From Hormiphora californensis (Eukaryota > Animalia > Ctenophora): a DNA stretch of 64,000 nucleotides. The notes beneath the pieces are model-generated. The model made no database searches. It was not told where the DNA came from and saw nothing but the letters and a program-made list of their open reading frames with translations. Positions 11,701-23,384 of the stretch are shown here, one piece after another (the first letter of the stretch is position 1; every line of letters begins with the position of its first letter). Made by a program: the position numbers and the translations under genes. Location of the stretch: NCBI GenBank assembly GCA_020137815.1, contig CM035356.1:7316001-7380000 (forward strand), read 5' to 3'.

Positions 11701-13828
11701 GGGAAAACTAATAGTTGGAGGTGTAGACTTGGTGAGTCTACTAAATATTAATTCAATCATAATTGATACTTTCTTGGCATTCATCAACTTATAGTGATTA
11801 TTATGAGGATGTTTCAGTTTTTCAGTTTTCGTTTATTTTTGTGGCTGGCACATGTTTTGGTCACACATTTGGAGCGGCCGAACACTGCGCGCATCATACA
11901 CCGACACGCGCGCAATGAAAAGTACACAATTCAGCATTCAGTAACAGGGTCGGGGCTCTGCGCACCACTGCTCCATGCATGTGAAATTTCAGGAAAGGAC
12001 TTGACTGATGTCAAATGTCAAGAGACTGTCACTGACAACAGCTAACAAAACACAAATGTATAAAATTGGTTCAGTAAGTTACTAATATCTCCCCTCTGTT
12101 GCAGTTGGAGAAAGCCAAAGAGCAACAAAAACTGTTGGATGAATCGTTCAAAGTGTTGGAAGCAACGACAAAAAATCAGGAGAAGATTAAAGAAGAGATA
12201 GAGGAGCGAGAGGTAACATTTTAGTACTTTTAATTGAGTCACCCCCCCCCCCTTTCTTCGCAAAAAGTAACGAGACGGGTATATCCTAAGAAATCGTTAT
12301 TTTTCAACGAACTACTGAGTTGTTGATTCTCCAATCTCACGTGTTTTTTTTCACGTGTTTGATTTCCCTCTACAGCAAGAGAAGCTCATGGTGGAAGAGA
12401 AGTACAGTAGTTTGCAGGAGGAGGCAGCGGGGAAAACAAGGAAACTACAGAAAATTAATCAGATGTATAAAAGTGCTAAAGCAGAGGTAGGACACATGAT
12501 TCTTATGATTATGTCCCCCTGTTTAGCCTTTCTTTTCTAACATGAAATGAGTTGAGACTATTTTACTAGGACTGAGCTAGCCCTCCCAATGAACCCCGCC
12601 CACTGCCTTACTGCCCATACTGACCCTCAAGGCAGTGTCCAGGATCCTGTTCCCCCTTGTCATGCCATTCAACCTTTCCCCCTGTAGATTGCAGACATGA
12701 AGGTGGAACATGGTAGGAGGGTGGAGGCATTAGTGGACGATGTTAAACAGTTAACTAAGGAACTCAGACTTCAAGAGCTACTCATCAATCATACCATCCC
12801 ACCAGACTTTCAGGATCTCATTGAAAAGGTAGGAAATATAGAACTGATTGGACCGGACCCTGCACCCCCCCCCCTCCCCCCAATAATAAAAACTCTATCT
12901 TATCAGCTAAAAATTTGAATTAGTTTTTACTGCAAAAGAAATTGCTAAAAGATTTAGCCCAGTTTATCTTACTAAATAAATTGTTCATTTCATTTTCCCG
13001 TTTTATATCCGATGGTGAAAAAAAACAAAGTTGATATTTAAAATCGTCCATCATTCCTAATCACCCTCTCGCTTGCGTGAGAATGGGTCAATGCTCTGAC
13101 AGTTCCTCCTATGTCAGCGTGATGCCTGACATCGTTCCCCCTAAAGCCAAGTTTGATCACAATCCTCTGTACACTCCACCTCTGCCCATCCAAAACCAGC
13201 GGTCCATCCCCAGCCACGCCTACAGAGACACCTGTGGCAGCCATCCATCCATCGCTGATTGAATTGTGCATACCTGGAAGTGATGATGTTAGGGCCACAC
13301 TTTACAAGTTCCTAAATTTCAAATCACCGCCCTCTTCACCTGGCAGTAAACCCTAAATAACTGCACGGACTCACCCCTGTCAGGTCAATTATGCTCTGAC
13401 AGGATCAACACATGTTTTCATGTTACCCACTTACCCGTCTATTCCATCCCTGTTCCTGTAAGGGCACTTCATGGGACATGCCCTTAGATGACAATCATTG
13501 GTAGCCCTATCACCACACATACACCAGTTACATCCGTCAAAGAACTGTGAAAAAGATATAAACGTAGAAATTAAGCCAAAAACTAATTGAAATTAGTTGG
13601 CGGGAAAGGTGGTCCACTTGCACCTTTTTCTTCTACTGCACATTGTATAATGACTCTACTTATGAATTAGCAGCCTATGGTACTCGATTGTTTACCTGTT
13701 CCCCAGGAGAAACGCTGGCCGTCCTTCCATTGGATTTAACAAACACGCATCTCCCACACCGTGCACCCTTGATACAAATAATCTTATCCTGGTCACACCT
13801 GAAATTAAGGCAATGATGCCCTCTCTCT

Positions 13829-13913
<85 letters not shown>

Positions 13914-13926
13914 CTCACTCTCTCTC

Positions 13927-13968
<42 letters not shown>

Positions 13969-16900
13969 CCACCCTACCTGCAATCCTCACAGCCCTCCTG
14001 AAAGACCTCCCCGTGCTCTACAACAGTTCCATTTTCCAGAACGCAATGTTTGTGATCTGGGACGTTCATGTGAATCTCGTCACCAGTTACCATGGTTACC
14101 ATAACAAGGACCATGATAACATGACCTGCCATGATATCTTGCTATGCGAGAGGTCGGTGAGCAACGATACATTTGACATGATACTGGTTTTACTGAGACA
14201 ACTTTCCCAGGCCAGGCAGAATTACAATGAGAAAAGATACTCATTTTTCAAGTTTTAGAATACACATCGTGAATTGATCTAAAACGCCTCAGAACATTTA
14301 AACAGGAAGTAATAATATCAAGAAAAAGCAAGTCTTGGCAGCTGTGCCGCGGCACTGACAGTGATGTATGTGTAATCGGAGGGGGCTACAAGACACAAGT
14401 GTGTAACTCTAGTTATTAGGGCCCGGACACCCCCGGACTGCAAAGTAACTCTGCAGGAGAGGAGAGAAGGAGAAGGAAGAGAATTCATTATCCAGGGTGA
14501 TACTTTATACTTTATATCATGCTTAGTGCTTAGATCACTGAGTGGGTAACATCATCCATCTATTCATATTTCATACCACATTAAAGTGAGAGAGAACAGC
14601 CCCGATTTTGATGAAACTTGGTCAGAATAGTGTTTGGTGTCTAATTAGATCCTAAATTTAGGATTTTTAGGTTTTTTAAGTTTTTCGGCTTTTATGGGTT
14701 TCAGGAACGTTCTAGAACAAAATAAATAAAACCATCTTTCTCGGCATTAAATTCTGCATCGATTATAGTGGTTATAAACCTTTCTATGACGTAAGGTTCA
14801 GAAGTTATCGCAAAAAAGCCCAAACGGGTACATGTGTTAGGGGCGGGTTCATGTTTTAGGCTAACCGGCGAACCTCTTGTCAGAACACCATGTTATAGGT
14901 GTCATAGGGTGTCAATCGACGCGTATTGATAAGGAGATCATTTTAGTGAAAATTATTTTGATCTGCGATGTCTGTGTAACGAATGAAACCTAAAAAACCT
15001 TACCACATGTTTTAACCAAACGGGTATGCTTCATTCAGTAAGGTTTTTTAGGTTTCATTCGTTACACAGACATCGCAGATCAAAATAATTTTCACTAAAA
15101 TGATCTCCTTATCAATACGCGTCGATTGACACCCTATAACATGGTGTTCTGACAAGAGGTTCGCCGGTTAGCCTAAAACATGAACCCGCCCCTAACACAT
15201 GTACCCGTTTGGGCTTTTTCGCGATAACTTCTGAACCTTACGTCATAGAAAGGTTTATAACCACTATAATCGATGCAGAATTTAATGCCGAGAAAGATGG
15301 TTTTAATCATTTAGTTCTAGAACGTTCCTAAAACCCATAAAAGCCGAAAAACCTAAAAAACCTAAAAATCCTAAATTTAGGATTTGAGCACTAAAAATTT
15401 TTTGACTTCTAATTAGACACCAAACACTATTCTGACCAAGTTTCATCAAAATCGGGGCTGTTCTCTCTCACTTTAATATAGAAATCACTTCAGACTCAGT
15501 GCGAATTTCTAATGTTTGTTGTCTGATTTTAGGATGACATCCCATACCTACCTATATCGATTAGAAAAGAACAATCGGTTTCGATGATTTTAATACCATT
15601 TGTATAAAAAAGTAACAAATGACTGTGCCACTAATTGTCTCTATATTCTCATTGTCCATCATACTACCAATCCGTCGTATAACTGGTATCACCATAGTCA
15701 TCATAACCGTCCCCGTAACCAAAATAATCATCATAGTCACCGTAACCTTGGTAACCATCAGATCCTTGCTCGTAACCATAGTAACCGTCTGTCCCTTGCT
15801 CGTAACCTTGGTAACCATCAGATCCTTGCTCGTAACCTTGGTAATATTCCGTCGTTCCGTACTCGTAATTTTCGTAATTATCGTAGTGGTAATTGTCGTA
15901 GCAGGCAAAGTAAGCCTCGTACATTGGATATTTGGGATCGAACACACAGCTGCAAGTCTCCTGAGAAAAAAGAGATCATAAGTAAAGCCATCTTGAACTT
16001 TCGTCGGAACATGCGCAGTGGCATCAGGTTTAATCCATCACGTGACGCACTATATTTGGGCATCACGTGACACTACTTACTTACCATGATACCAGTTCCG
16101 TCCTGTTTGTAGCGCTGTATCGTGGCATCAGGTTTAATCCACCTCACTGCGTGCACCACTCCAGTTGAGGTATGGTCAAAATAGTGAGGGCACCTGAAAC
16201 AGTATCGGTAGTTCATTGGTAGTTACTAACTAGTTAGTTCGTTGGATGTATCATTTAGAAGAGACGGGCTGATATTGTTAGTATGATATGCAGGGTGTCA
16301 CAAAATAATTGGACTCTTTTTTCACAAAACAATTAACATTAAAAAAACGTCCATGGACAGCTGTAGCCTAGTAGTGTATCACGTGAATTGTGAAACTCCA
16401 TATTTTGGCATCACGTGACACTCCTTATTTGGGCATCACGTGACACACCATATTTGGGCCTTACTACTCACATCCAGGGACAGTAGCCACTTTGTTTTTT
16501 ACACCACACTCCTTTAAGGCCACAACCACAAGTGTTACACCCATCGTAAAACTGTTCCCCTCGCCCCACCGTCTCTGGTGTAGGAGTAAGTGGTTACCTA
16601 TAGTTACCATGGTTACCTATGCCTGGTTACCTATGGTTACCTATAGTTAGATCCTCAGTGATGTATGTGCAGCGCAGCTCCGCTGTAGTTGTGAATGGTG
16701 TAGGGAGGGTTGTCACTCTCTCTGTTGTCACCTGGAGGGACATGTTAATTATTAATACCTCACCTGTTTTAATGATGTTAATATTAAAAATTTCGCCCTA
16801 GTTACCTCCTTTTCTGTCTTGTCTGGAGGGGGCCATTTCTTGTCAAGGGTGGTTGGTTCAGGAGTTGGAATGGTAGTTTCACGCCTCTCTTCCTCTGTCG

Positions 16901-19476
16901 GAATGGTGGTCACACGCCTCTCTATCTCAGTTTTCATAGGAGTGGGAATTGTTGTCTCACGCCTCTCTTCCTCAGTTTTCATAGGAGTAGGAATGGTTGT
17001 CTTACGCCTCTCTTCCTCGTGTGTGAACGGAGGTGGGGTGGTAAATTCATCCTCTCCCTCTTCCCTCTGATCGTCTGTCGGCTCCCCCGTATCGTATGTG
17101 AAGGGGTAGGGAGTTGTGGGGAGTTGGTATGTTGTCGTTGCCGCCGAATCACTGGCCCTACCCAACCAGGGGGCACATTCCACACCAAGAGTGAGGAACA
17201 CAATCACTGCTATAACATTTCCCCTCATGTTCTCCTTTTTAGATCACATTTGTCGTTTCACTTGGCGAATTGTTGTAGTCTTATTTAGCATAAAATACAA
17301 TATACTAACAAATGGCAACTTCAATATTATTATCAGTATTATTATGATTATCAATATTATTATGATTATTAGCAAACCGATTCCAAGAAGCAGAATTATA
17401 CAAATCGAGAAGAATAATGTTAACTTGCGACAACAAATTTAGGGCAAATTGTAACACAATTTCAAAAAGATACAGGCCCAAGGGCCCCACAAGGAAGCCC
17501 TCAACTAGGCTGGGCCCTGGAAATAATCATATCACATACACTCCAAAGTGTGATTAGATTCACGGGAGGACGATCTATCGGATTGAAGAAAACAAGCAAC
17601 AAAATGCGTTTTTTGGATCAATTCCAGTTTTCTAAAAAGCTTCATCTCTCAACAAATCTTATGTGCCTTTCAGTGGTGGATATTAACAGACATGTCCCTT
17701 GTTGAGTATGGGATGGGAGAGGGTCCCACTAGACATACAAATAGTTGTAAAATAATACTAAATACTTGCACTATTCATAAGGGGGCCGCGAGAAAGAGAC
17801 TGGAAAATTCAACTATAAATTCCAGCCACTCATATGGTCCAGAATCCAGATTGAGTTAATACAACAACATAATGCAGTTATATGGGAAATCATAACACAG
17901 ATCAAAGGAAGGAGGGTGTTTTGGTCTACTGATGCTCATATGATGACATCGTGTCTGGAAATTAAACAGTTGAGTACTAAACAGGAATAAATATACCAGT
18001 AGTACTAGTAGTACTAGTGTGTTTGGTGCTACATATTACTAATTTACTTTTTACTACTAGTATGTAGTACTACTAGTAGTAAAAAGTAAAGTAGTAATAT
18101 GTAGCACCAAATTTCCTCAACATACTGTCGAATCCCATGACCCCTATTGACCTATTCCCCATGCTTATGTGCCTTGTAATGTACTACACATATCAGCAAA
18201 AACAAAATTATATGCACGACATTATGCCTGTTGGAGAACTATTAGATTATCAATATCATTTCCCCTAATTTTAATTCACTTTTCTCATAGCTCAGCTGAC
18301 ACGGCGAGACATGATAGTAGTCATTGATTTGATTTTCAAATCAATAGTAGTCATGTGGAATGGAGCTTGTAAATTTTATCAATAATATGTCGGACCCCGA
18401 TTTACCGGGCCCCAGTTGACCGGACCCCCGATTTAGTGGGGGATTGATTTCCCCCGATATAGGAAATGAACGGCATTTTATCCCGACATACCGGAACCCC
18501 GATTTACCGAACGCTTTCCCCCGGACATCCTGGTAAATCGGGGTCCGATTGAAATGTTATTACTCCGTTCCCGATTTGTAACTAACTCTAAGAGTCTTAG
18601 TAAGAATTTCATATTTTTGTTTCCTGGTGGGGGTATAAAATGATAAATCAATTGTCTATTATCCCCCAGGATTAAAATCCTTCCTTTTCCTCTCCCCTCC
18701 CTCACTAACTCCCATCTCCCCATCTGAACCCCTCCCGCTCTAACCCAACCCCCTCTTTTCAACATGTGCTATCCTCATTCCTCCCACCCTCTAAGCCACC
18801 CCACTCCACTCTAATCCACCCCACCCAACCCCACTATAACCCACCCCTTGCTAACCCACTCATTACTAACCCACCCACTCTAAGTACTCTAACCCACCCA
18901 CCCGCACTCTAATCAGCACGTGCTATGGAACGAAGAGATTGGTGAGTGGCAGCTACACTACGTGGCCTACACGGGCAACAATATGAGGCAACGAACACCA
19001 ACACCACCACCTCAATCATTCGAACAATTTGTAAGTAACAATTTATTGAGTAACCCCTTACTATACCTAAAGTTGGATTCTTGAAGTTGTCAACCCCCAC
19101 CCCCTTCTCGTTTGACGTTTTGGGGTGACAACTTCAAAAAATCCGACTCAACAAATTGCGACCCTTTCAATCCGGTTCATGTTCTCTCCACAACTTGTAC
19201 CTCACATAACCTGACAACTTGTCAGGTTATGTGAGGTACAAGTTGTGGAGAGAAAATGACAAGTGACAACCTGTTTTTCTCCAGGATAAAGAGTTGGACA
19301 TGGTTTATTGGACATACGGAAACCTGGCCCCTGCACCCAAGAAAAAGAAGGAGAGGAAAGATAAGGAGAAAAAGAAAAGGAGAAAGAAAAAGGAGCAACT
19401 TGAATCTGATCAGCCCTCTGTCATGGTCATCCCTGATCCCCCTCCAGCTCGGCCTGGCACTGCCTTCCGTCGGTGA
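8761..19476 (+). CDS. KIF3A: Kinesin-2 motor subunit KIF3A (~16 exons, with a 6.1-kb intron at 12829-18916)
   Basis: [87 protein letters not shown] and [13 protein letters not shown]. The tail exon 18917-19030 reads [24 protein letters not shown], typical of KIF3A. Last exon ~19286-19476. Confidence 0.93.
13141..14132 (-). CDS. Nested secreted protein (~166 aa) with three pacifastin/VWC-like Cys modules; exons 14132-13978, 13798-13696, 13544-13435, 13273-13141
   Basis: Hand-spliced with GT-AG introns and matching phases (2,0,2): [21 protein letters not shown]...[137 protein letters not shown]. Confidence 0.85.
13820..13966. repeat. (CT)n microsatellite; similar tracts at ~23303-23402, 25712-25802, 48225-48272, 48886-48936, 51720-51813, 53556-53795, 56491-56600
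   Basis: Directly visible dinucleotide runs. Confidence 0.97.
14581..15476. mobile_element. Fold-back MITE with TTAA flanks (Kolobok-like)
   Basis: TTAA|AGTGAGAGAGAACAGCCCCG ... CGGGGCTGTTCTCTCTCACT|TTAA. Near-perfect inverted arms of ~420 bp around a ~30-bp spacer. A TTAA TSD with RR...YY ends fits Kolobok. Confidence 0.85.
15664..17228 (-). CDS. Nested secreted protein (~340 aa): signal peptide, Thr/Pro/Glu repeats, VWC/pacifastin-like Cys modules, Tyr/Gly/Asp-rich tail; exons 17228-16806, 16731-16641, 16574-16472, 16193-16085, 15960-15664
   Basis: All introns are GT-AG with consistent phases (0,1,2,0). [18 protein letters not shown] signal; ([15 protein letters not shown])n; [50 protein letters not shown]...ETCSC...C; [10 protein letters not shown] repeats. 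Confidence 0.85.
17300..17960 (-). mobile_element. Possible degraded LINE 3' remnant with a (TAA)n-like tail
   Basis: ATT-rich repeat at 17325-17370 next to coding-like sequence with no open frame. Weak support. Confidence 0.3.
18389..18549. mobile_element. Small MITE of the GTCGGACCCCGATTTACC family; second copy at 41134-41298, fragments near 32364 and 44352
   Basis: TIR GTCGGACCCCGATTTACC ... GGTAAATCGGGGTCCGA with internal CCCCGATTTA repeats. The 41134 copy starts TA|CAGTCGG, a Tc1/mariner-like end. Confidence 0.8.
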
Positions 19477-21409
19477 TAGCAGGGTTGCTGATTAATGAAC
19501 TGCATCATGGTAGTGGGGAACTGTTTGAGCTGGACTCATGATAGTAGAAGTTGTTGAGTAAAATGGAAGAGAGAGATCAGAGTAATATCGTTGTGATTGT
19601 GAAACCGGGTAGTAAATTATAAGCAGACGACTAGGTAATAACAATTGTACACAGTAGATTTGATAACTAAATTTTGTAAATAAGTGCTGCGGGCTGCCAA
19701 TACAGTATTACATACACTTGTTCAAACAAGTGTATGTAATACTGTAACATGCTCCAATCTTCGGCCTGGATACTGATAGGGACGGTGTTCGAACATGCAA
19801 TGTTCACGTGTTGAGAATCACAAAGTGATCTGAATTGAATGACTGTTTTATTTTACTCGGTAAATTGTAAATAGGTGTCACATTCTCAAACTTACTATAT
19901 TTATTGTTAATTATTTGTTTTGTTCATCTCATATCACGGTGTTTTAATTTTGTACACTAAATTTTTGTATGCAAAATTTGTACGCGCAAATAGTTTGACG
20001 CGCAATAAACATCTAATGCGCGGCGCGCGCGGTAAGATGAAAAGTTTAGTTAAAAATTAAAATTTTGGGTCGAAAAAAACTTGAAACTTTTGAGATTTTT
20101 AATTTTTTCGAACTTTTGTTTGGCGTCTTCTTCCGTGTTTGAAAAGTGCTGTATATCCCGTAATGGCCACTACTTGTGGCACAGAACGGAGGGGTCTGTA
20201 GCTAATAACAACTTATGTGTCACTTGTTTTATTGTTTTAAACGCTCTCAAATTGTTAAAATCATCGCGAAAACTTCCGGCTTCGATCCCTGGACCCTGCT
20301 TGAGGGGGCTCTGCCTCCTGGAAAGGGGCCTAGACCCCCACCGGGGTTGCGCCTATATATCCTACTTATGAGGGATTTCACGCCCCAGTGGCTGCCTTGC
20401 CCCGGACGCACAGGGACACGCTGGGTCGGAGACTCAGCTCCGTCCCTGACTTTAGCAGTTTGCTGTTCGCCGTCCGGTCAATAGGGAATCACAGACAACT
20501 GAAGGGCCATTTTCGCATTTCACACGTACATGGTTGTCTCGGGATTTGAACCATGGTCCACGAGTATGGCTATTGGCTACTCGAAGCTTCTCACCGAGGA
20601 CCTCTCGGCAGCAGTGATTGAACAGCATCGGACGTTCAAATCGAACAAAAAGAACACATTGAAGAAAAAAGAATAATTCTTTCGTGGCTGATGGCTCCAA
20701 AAACGAGAAACGAAATCACCATAAATTAGTGGAATTGTTTTGGCAGTAATCACCCCTGCAGGACGCTAGATCTTCTCGCGGAGAGTGAGACGCATCATTA
20801 TGGCTAACCTGCTTACCACTGGAATCGCTGAACTTTATCAACAGACAATGGTTTGAATCTATCTCAGCCAGGTACACCGTACAACCTTCCACACACCAGG
20901 CAAAGCTTTTAATTTTTGGGTCTGGACCCAGTGGGTGTGTTATACTTTTGGCAGTGCTGGACACACAATTTCGGTCGCGATGAGATGAAAGCCGTGCACT
21001 TCCCCTCCCTGCTCTAATTGAACAATTGTTTCTTCTCATCCCCTTGTTTGGACTTTGAGCCTTGAGGAGAACTTGATTGAGTAGTAGGCTGCTGAGTGCT
21101 GACTTAGAAACACGGGGGAAAACAACTCGGAACCTTACACCTTGTTAGAATAATCATCATGAGACGGAGTCGGATCTGCTCAGCAGACCGTCGACGCTTA
21201 AATTGTGGTCACGCTTTAACTTGCCGCAGTTCCTCCTTGATTCAGTTGTTGTTGAATGTAGATTGTTTGATGTGTTTATATGCAACATATAACTCCTCTA
21301 AATCACTCAGCACAGGTCACACACGACCTATGCAGTAGACCTTACTAGTACATGATTACTAATTGTCTCACGACCAGCTACTAACTCTCTCACACTAAGT
21401 TAGGGAGAT

Positions 21410-23299
21410 ATGTTTGCACAAAAAGATAACGCAGAGAGATCACGACGTAGGGCCCCTCCCCCTGGACTGGCTATCAGACCACTAGGATTCAGGCCGGTCC
21501 TCCAGAATGATTCAATGAGACCCCCTGATCCCCCCGGTCCCGCTAACGTACTTGTCAAATCAGAGGAAACTATGCAGGTAATTAGTTAGTTAGTTAGATA
21601 ATTAGTTACCTCTGTGGCTTTGTGTTTCACAGATCAATATATTACCTGATTATATTTGTAATCATGTGATCTCTAGACCTTCATATATCATTTCTAGAGG
21701 CCGGGTTTCCTTCCCCTTGGGAGGTCGATGGATGGGAGGGCCTATGATAGACCCCTAAAGGTGACAAATATATAAAGAGCAGCAGACAGGGGTGATATTT
21801 TTGTCATGATCTTGTTTTCTAACACACTGCAACACTGCAACTAAACACTTGGTGTTTGGTAAAATGGCCAATAGTATTTTCCCTGATCGCCTCAAAATTC
21901 AAATTACGTGTGGGCATGTGATTAGTGTTGGGTGAGAGAGATAGAAGAAATAAACCAATATCTTGTTTTTGTGTGCGTGTGTGAGGAAATCTTGTCAAAT
22001 CAAAGAATTACTGCCCTCTTAATAATTAAACATCACTTTTGGTTCACCACCACCATGGAATCACAACTGTACATCATGAACCGACCGAATCAGGAAATAC
22101 TGGTCCCTGATTGGCTGATAACCAGTCACGTGACCTAAATAACGAGTTCTGATTGGTTGTTTACTTGTGTCGGTCGGTTCCTGCTGTACAATCTACTACT
22201 GTATCACATAATCTGTGTATCTCCTCACCAGGTAGACGGAAAGGAGTACCCATGTAGAGTTGAGGACCTTATTGATAGAGGTGAAATTGGGAGAGGCCGC
22301 TTTGGATCTGTTCACAAAATGTTCCATACTCCATCAGGTATATAGATTTTGTTGCTTTATTTATTGCTCTTTGATCGAACAAGCTCCATTTGTCACTCTC
22401 CCTCTCTCTGTGTGTGTTAGTTGCACCAAGCTTTGTACGTGTGTGCGTGTTGTGAATGCATACAATTGCGGGCAGTAGGTGCCAACAGATATATATGTAT
22501 TTTCGCACACGCCCAAGACATGGCATTCATTTTGTATCTTTACAACGTTTTACAAGTTAAATCTCATAATCGAAACAAGATATTTTGCTCGATAAATTCT
22601 TTTATAAACGGTTCATTATTTTATTGGCTTCACGCAGTGAGATTTTATTAATAATCGCACGCTACCGTCTCTATCGGAGAGAATTTAATTTCAATCACGT
22701 ATAACAGATCTATTATTGCGTTTACACGTGAAACAACCTCCACAGATCTTTAACAATTAACAAGACGCACAGTGCGAAACAACAGATCTCTCTATCAGAC
22801 TGCGAATCAACCTCATTCCACAGATCACACTACTTTCACATCACTTTATCTCATCTCAGAAGAAGAAGATCACTTCATCTCATTGTGAGTAGAATATTAG
22901 GACACCTAATCCCTGGGCCGTTTCACTCATAATACTCTTCCATTTCGCCCCTTTTTAGGAGTTGAGATGGCGGTGAAACGGTTGTTAGATACAGTTGAGG
23001 ATCTTTCTCTTTACCTCTCTATCATACTCCCCCCTCTTCTCACCCTCTCTCTCTTTCTCCCTCTTATTCCCCCCTTTTTTAGGAGTTGAGATGGCGGTGA
23101 AACGGTTGTTGGTTACAGTTGAGGAACGGGAGAGGAGAAATCTCGAGACAGACCAGACCGTGATCATGAAAGCAGAGTGCCCTTTTATTGTCAAATTCTT
23201 TGGAACGCTCTTTAGAGAGGGAGAGGTAAGGAGATGGCCCCCATTTATTTAGCTTTCATCTCTTCTCTATTTTTTGTCTCTTTCTCCATCATTCTCGAT

Positions 23300-23384
<85 letters not shown>

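Noticed and set aside
13805-14001. ORFs of poly-(ER) or poly-(SL), here and at 23234, 25577, 47956, 51594, 53536 and 56464
   Set aside because: They are translations of (CT/GA)n microsatellites.
15561-16070. Overlapping alternative-frame ORFs (VTKVT..., [10 protein letters not shown]...)
   Set aside because: They are shadow frames of the Tyr-rich exon. Only the 15960-15664 minus-strand frame is splice-phase compatible.
20500-20610. tRNA-like B-box (GGTTCAAATCC on the minus strand)
   Set aside because: No convincing cloverleaf or A-box. At most a decayed SINE head.
20716-21039. 107-aa minus-strand ORF between KIF3A and MAP2K4
   Set aside because: No recognisable motif or splice support. It may be a decayed repeat.
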